This document shows positions 57,800 to 64,000 of a stretch of DNA of 64,000 nucleotides, one piece after another. The translations under genes were made by a program, and so were the position numbers. The DNA is taken from the NCBI GenBank assembly GCA_032718475.1, contig JAUCBJ010008930.1, positions 1-64,000 of the forward strand. The letters are read 5' to 3'. Source of the DNA: Nemertoderma westbladi. Taxonomy: Eukaryota; Animalia; Xenacoelomorpha. Numbering within the stretch: the stretch's first letter is position 1; every line of letters begins with the position of its first letter. The notes under the pieces were generated by a model that searched no databases, had not been told where the DNA came from, and worked only from the letters and a program-made list of their open reading frames with translations.

Positions 57800-59200
57800 A
57801 TTATTGAGGAGCTTTTCAAAGTGGGCCTTCCAACCATTGAGGCGATCGGCTGGTGATTCAGCCTCAACCTTGGTGGTTGGTTGGCTTTTCCGACCACTAA
57901 GCAAGTTGATCGATTTCCATGCCTGGGATGATTGCCTGCTGTCGTCGCAACATTGATGGCATCAACCTGTTGGTTTATTAGCTCCTGTAGATTAACAGAG
58001 TACTGCCTATTCTGGGACCTACATGCGGCCTTAACTGCATTATTGGCCGCTGTAGTCTGTTTGAGTCGGGACTCATTCTACGCCTTATGAAGGTCATTTC
58101 GGCACTTCTGAATTTTGTTGTCAGTCCAGGGGACCCTTTTCCCTTTTCGAGGGTATACAGGAACTGTTTCTGCAGCTGCTAACATAACTGCTTCTGTGAA
58201 GGCAGTATAGCCCTCACAGTGATCTGCCGCCTCAGAGGCAAGAACCTCATACCTGTTGCTCAGCTGTAGTGTGAAGCTGAATCTCACACTTGGCTGTTGC
58301 AACAGAGAGGACCAGTCATGCCGCGGCAAGGCATATTTCGTTGTTCTGCTAACATGCAGACTAAGTCTTACCTTGGCCACAATAAGGCGGTGATCACTGG
58401 AGAAGGGTCGAAATGTAAATGCATTACAGTCTTGTATAGAGCTCCTGTATTTCCTACGAAACAGAATATGGTCTATCTGGGACTTGTGACCACTGGGTCC
58501 ACAGCTTTCCAGTTCGCTTCTTGAACTGCGTTCCAGCCGAAAACAATCCATTTCCAGATATAAAATCCTGAAGATGGACGGAATTTCGGTTAACACTATT
58601 GCTATAGACCCAGGGCGATATAGGAGATTGATGCAGACTTGCATTAAAGTCTCCCAGGAATGTTAATAATGCATGCTGATCCACTCCATCAGTAGTTGCT
58701 TGTAGATTGTGGTAGAAATTGTCCACCTACAGGGGCAACACTAGTTGGAGAGTAGCACACAATCAGAACCACCTTAGGAAACTTCTTAGCCAGTCTTCCA
58801 GAACATGAGAAGTGACAACGGATGATGTGGTTAGAGATTTGGTCTATTTTGTCCAATGCTGCATGTGCAGTTGGATTCATCAATAGACCAATTCCACTAT
58901 CATCTGCTTAAGTGAGCCTGATCGCCAACCGCCCGCCTCCCATGTCCTTAATCAGAACCTCATCAGTCTGTCCAGTCTGCATTCTGTGGTCTTGAACACC
59001 CACTGCGCTAAGAGAAAGCTTATCTGCCAAGGCAGTCAGCTCACCTTGGCGCATTGGGGACCCGAGTGTTAGAGTGTTTACTGAGGCTAGTCTAGTGACT
59101 TGCTTCAGATTCACCAATTGCTTTGTTGGTCGGGGTGGAACATGAGAGTAGCCTCCAACTCCAGAATCCCTCGTACAAGAAAACCTTTGTGGTACAAGAT
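57800..59200 (-). mobile_element. RTE-clade LINE 5' fragment (endonuclease), degenerate
   Basis: LASVNTLTL, VGVQDHR, CYSPT, LGDFNA, SQIDHIL, SDHRLIVAK; same family as 1-1560. Confidence 0.85.
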
Positions 59201-59784
59201 CGTAATTCTTTTGTAAAAACCATACAATTAAAATATAGTTGTTTTTCTCAAAGCAAGTGTTAACCGTATGCCAACCTTAAAGCCATCACATATGAGATAC
59301 CTTTGTCACCTGAGAGATCAAATTGTGACACAACATCAAAGATCTCAAACTCAAAATCGAAAATTTAGAGAATTCAGTTAGAGAATTCCCCGTTTTGTAA
59401 GTCAGACTACATTCCAATAAGACCAGTAGCACTTAGCAGTAATATAGTGAACGCCCCCCTACTGTGGTCAATTAGGCTCCCTTTTCCAAGTAACAATGCA
59501 ATATTTAGAGACACTGCTAAAGAAAGGTTATTTATGTAATATTTATATAAGAAAGGCTGATTATTGAGTAATGAATTAAGGTTATAAAACAGGTGTAGCT
59601 GGAGTATGTCTCCATCTGCACAATAATGTTTTCGTTGTACACAGACCTGGGAAGGGATAATGTGAATTCTATCTGGTCTGGCGGGCTGGCACTAATGTAA
59701 CTTCAACACAGTGACGCACGCCTGAGGGGACTTTTTCAATATGGAATAATACCGCAATACCGGTATGTGCTCCTACCAACGTTT

Positions 59785-60060
59785 GAAACTACTACTAGGA
59801 TCGGCATGCTGCATTGCAGCTGCATTTTTAAGAATGCTCTGCCGGCTTGTTGACAAAATTGCGCCGCCACAACTCCCTATCACCCATGACATTTGCTAGA
59901 TCATCCGCATCTTCAAGGCCAGTGTCCTTTAAGATGCATCTCAAGAAAGTCATGGGCTGCCCACCATGCTTATTCACTCCATGAGGCTGCCAAAGTACAA
60001 GATTAGGCACTGACTGGTCCTCACGGCGAAAGCAATGTCCTGCAAAGCGGAGGTGATTTG
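59785..60060 (-). mobile_element. RTE-clade LINE 3' end fragment
   Basis: HLRFAGHCFRREDQSVPNLVLWQPHG..MGDRELWR; actactact tail near 59788. Confidence 0.75.
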
Positions 60061-60281
60061 TTCTAGTGTCAAGCTTGGGGGACGCACAGAGCAACACGGG
60101 AGCATCACGGGGAGCAACACGGCCCAATATTCCAGAAATAACAGGTATCTACACATTTTTCTAGGACATAGCTTAACATGAAGATGCTAAGGCTTGCCTT
60201 ACAAAAGTCCGTAAAATATACAGCTGATATCAGATTAGTACCACATCTGAAAGCATTCTTCTTTTTTACATGTCTAATGTT

Positions 60282-61345
60282 GGATAGGTCTAATTAAGGA
60301 CAATACTATTGTATTGAGGACAACAGTCAAAAAGACCTACCAACAGTCTGAAAAACTCACCAACAGTCAGAAAGCAATTCCAGATAGTCTACCAACAGTC
60401 AAGGGCTTTAAAAAATTTCCGATTATCTAAATAGGATTCCTTTAATTCGAAATAATCAAAATAATATCAACTGATAGCCGTAACTCAGGAAATTACGTCA
60501 TTCTGTAGTACTGTACTCTGTTGCAGTAGGCCTACCGAGCTGACAGTTGTTTAACACAGTATTATGGAGTCCAGGAACGGCATGGACGTTTGTCTGATCG
60601 CTTCTGAAAGTCAAAAAACCTGCCAACGGCTATAAGCATTAGGCTTATTAAATCATGTTAGTTTGCAGTATACTGACACAAGTCAACACGCATTGCAGCA
60701 TTTTGGATTATGATGCGACAGAATACCCGATGCCGGCATCCAGGCATCCTACGAATTCGTACCGCAATATTTTACAATCGCATAATTACATATCGCCATC
60801 AACATAGCCTCAATATTATTAGGAAATGTATTCGAAAAAAAAAGTACCCAGTACCGGTGCTACTAGTATGATAAAATAACAGTCTGTCGCAACGTAATCC
60901 GGTAATTTGTACAATAATTTGCACAATAATTACACAATAATTTGTGTCGGTAGCGCAAACTAAAACCGGTAATCGTTATATAATATATAACCGTTGGCAG
61001 GTTTTTTGGACTTTCAGAAGCGATCAGACAAAGGTCCATGCCATTGTTCCCGGATTCCATAATACTGTGTTAAACAACTGTCAGCTCGGTAGGCCTACTG
61101 CAGTACAGAGTACAGTACTACAGAATGACATAATTTCCTTAGTTACGGCTCAGCTGATATTATCTTCACGATTTCGAATTTAAGGAATCCTATTTATTAG
61201 ATAATCGGAAATTTTTTGAAGCCCTTGTTTGTTGGCAGACTATCTGGAACTGTTTTCTGACTGTTGGTGAGTTTTTCAGACTGTTGTTAGGTCTTTTTGA
61301 CGGTTGTCCTCAATACATTAGTATTGTCCTTAATTAGACCTATCC
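60282..61345. mobile_element. Mutator-like foldback MITE
   Basis: ~350-bp TIRs GGATAGGTCTAATTAAGG.../...CCTTAATTAGACCTATCC; exact 9-bp TSD tctaatgtt (60273-60281, 61346-61354). Confidence 0.9.
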
Positions 61346-61532
61346 TCTAATGTTGGACAATTTATTCATATTCATACCATATTCATCAAGAGGGATACAC
61401 TGGATATATTACAGTGACATACCGGTTGGTACTTAAAAATGTGAAACTGCATTTTTTCACATCCTTTTCATATTCCCTTGAAGTTCAGAGAATTACAACA
61501 CAATCATAAAAGTATCATGTTTCCGTGTTTAG

Positions 61533-61730
61533 ATATATGCTATACTGATTCTGGAACTGATGCATACAAGTTTTGCGCTTTTCCGTTCAACTACTTTGGA
61601 GTCCAATACACTAAATGTACAACAGTTGGAGAAACTCAACCTTGGTGCCCCACTGAACTGACTGCAGGAGCTTTTATTCCAGGTTCCGGAAAGTGGGGTT
61701 ACTGTGTGTCTGATACAGATATATGTGATG
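61533..61730 (+). CDS. Fibronectin type II domain exon (phase 1-1)
   Basis: Acceptor gtttag; ICYTDSGTDAYKFCAFPFNYFGVQYTKCTTVGETQPWCPTELTAGAFIPGSGKWGYCVSDTDICD; donor gtaggt; 198 bp; splices in frame to 56649-56843. Confidence 0.88.
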
Positions 61731-62556
61731 GTAGGTGATATTGTATTTAGTCAACTAAATAATATATTATGCATATTTTTTTTATTTTAATTGTTATTCA
61801 TCAGATCTAGGCCGAAAACCTAACATCACAAAGGACTCAAAATCCAATATTTATACAATCAAGTATGTCACGCATACAATCAGTTTTGGTGTTGAAATCA
61901 ATAACTTTATTTTTGAAATCAATCAGTTTATTATTGATATCAATCAGCTTACATTGAATTACTTACATGAAATTCTGTTAATTATTAATTAAAATTTATT
62001 AAAATTTGATTAATTATTATTAATAGTACATGTAAAGATCAAATTTATAATATATATAGTATTATATAATAATAGTAATAATAATACTCTTTTTTTTCTC
62101 CATATACTCAATTTAAAACCATTGCACAAACGCCCAGGTAAAAACTGAGGTCACAGCAGGTACATAATTGGGAGGAGTAAAAGCGTCAGTGGGGCTCTGT
62201 CAGTACAGCAGTAGTAACTACTGTACATTACGCTACATTATTATAATACTGGATAAATCAATAATATATAACATATAATTACGATGAACGGAATTCACAC
62301 TGAATTTTGAATAATAAGTGAATTATGTAATTACGTATTATAATTACGTTTTCGCATCTCTCTCATGTGTTTTTTTATGTTACGAATTTCTTTATGTAGG
62401 CCGTTCCAGATACGTGGTTGTACTGACTATAAATCTGTAGAATGCTATGCTATGTTTTGTTGTTGGAATTTTGATGTTATTGGTCCTAGGATTGAGTGTG
62501 TTTGTGTTATTATTACTTAGAAATGGCAGACTAATTTGTTGAAATGGTTTGCTTAT

Positions 62557-63290
62557 TCAATATTTATTTGTATAAAAAAAATTAATTGCAAATTTCTTAC
62601 GAGTAGCGTAAATATAGAGTTGGTAATTTTGATTTTGTCCACAGATGTTTTCCTGACATATCTCTAATTTTTTACAAACCCGCAACCCATAATATTCTAT
62701 TTTTTCAAGATTATACAGAGAAAATTTGAAGCCATGTCTGTCGTGTAAAGAAACTAGTAGTTCACAGCAGTAGTTATATATGTTAAGTTTGAACTGGACT
62801 ATGTTAGCTGACCCTTTATTTGGCGTATAGCTGATATTGCGTGATTTATTTTGGACGAGATTTCTTTGATATGTTCCCTCCATTCCAAAAAAAAATTTAT
62901 TGATAAAGATTCCCAAGTATTTTATTTTTTCCGGTTGTTTATTTATGATTTTTGTTGATGTTAAGTTATTATTTTTAGAGATATTATTATTATTTTTTAG
63001 GTTTAAAGTGATATTACCGGAATCAGGTGTAATTTTATGTAGTGTTATTAGCATGAATTCTGTTTTTGCATTATTCAATTTTAGGTTGAGAGCATTTAGT
63101 TCAGTTTCGATTTGTTTAATTTCTAAGGCTAAGAATTGAGTCGCTTCTTGTGGGTTTTTATGAGAGCAATATGTAAGGGTATCATCTTCATATTGCATTA
63201 TTTTTATATTAATAAGTATTCCTATTGATTTTACATATATTAGGAACAAGATGGGACCCGGGGAAATTGAAACGGGGGTGTAAAAAGCTA
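62557..63290 (-). mobile_element. Degenerate L2/CR1-like RT fragment
   Basis: PGPILFLIYV, QYEDDT, LKLNNAKTEFM, KIKYLGIFI. Confidence 0.7.
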
Positions 63291-63412
63291 TGTATATTGT
63301 ATAAGTCTGGTAGCGGAGCTGTGAAATCCTATATCGTTTAGTTTGTATGTTGCAAGATGAAATCAGCCCTTTCATGCCCGTCATCAGTTACCTAGACAAC
63401 CAGAGTGCCAAA

Positions 63413-64000
63413 ACTGATTGAATGTGTTTACTGATTGAATGTGTTTACAGATTGGATGTGTTTACTGATTGAATGTGTTTACTGATTGAATGTGTTTACT
63501 GATTGAATGTGTTTACTGATTGAATGTGTTTACTGATTGAATGTGTTTACTGATTGAATGTGTTTACTGATTGAATGTGTTTACTGATTGAATGTGTTTA
63601 CTGATTGAATGTGTTTACAGATTGGATGTGTTTACTGATTGAATGTGTTTACTGATTGAATGTGTTTACTGATTGAATGTGTTTACTGATTGAATGTGTT
63701 TACTGATTGAATGTGTTTACTGATTGAATGTGTTTACTGATTGAATGTGTTTACTGATTGAATGTGTTTACTGATTGAATGTGTTTACTGATTGAATGTG
63801 TTTACTGATTGAATGTGTTTACTGATTGAATGTGTTTACTGATTGAATGTGTTTACTGATTGAATGTGTTTACTGATTGGATGATTTTACTGATTGAATG
63901 TGTTTACTGATTGAATGTGTTTACTGATTGAATGTGTTTACTGATTGAATGTGTTTACTGTTTGAATGTGTTTACTGATTGAATGTGTTTACTGATTGAA
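63413..64000. repeat. 17-bp satellite/minisatellite array running off the window end
   Basis: (actgattgaatgtgttt)n, about 34 copies visible. Confidence 0.97.

Noticed and set aside
63413-64000. CRISPR-like regular repeats (also 26238-26641, 10910-11056)
   Set aside because: Head-to-tail units without unique spacers, eukaryotic context and no cas genes.

Overview
AT-rich, repeat-dense eukaryotic (invertebrate animal) DNA; the style of the FN2 exons hints at a crustacean/copepod, but that is only inference. Host content is three 3' exons of a divergent SLC1 (EAAT/ASCT-type) transporter on the minus strand (12313-1982) and two phase 1-1 fibronectin type II exons on the plus strand (56649-56843, 61533-61730). 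The rest is nested transposable elements: RTE, L2/CR1, CRE and Penelope fragments, a Tc1 remnant, TTAA- and Mutator-type MITEs, a rearranged non-autonomous BEL/Pao element (40916-50573), a related solo LTR with an internal inverted duplication (56-941) and a 17-bp satellite. The standout is a young, intact-looking 18.8-kb BEL/Pao LTR retrotransposon (12401-31245, minus strand). Where env would sit, it carries a 1230-aa ORF with a DEDDy/WRN-like 3'-5' exonuclease motif set plus three CCHC knuckles, preceded by a good splice acceptor. Its 1.9-kb LTRs contain a tRNA-derived Pol III unit (A box, B box, T6) upstream of CCAAT/TATA. A 17-nt hairpin motif recurs 11-12 times across its coding and non-coding internal sequence. 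Domain calls come from motif recognition by eye, not database searches.
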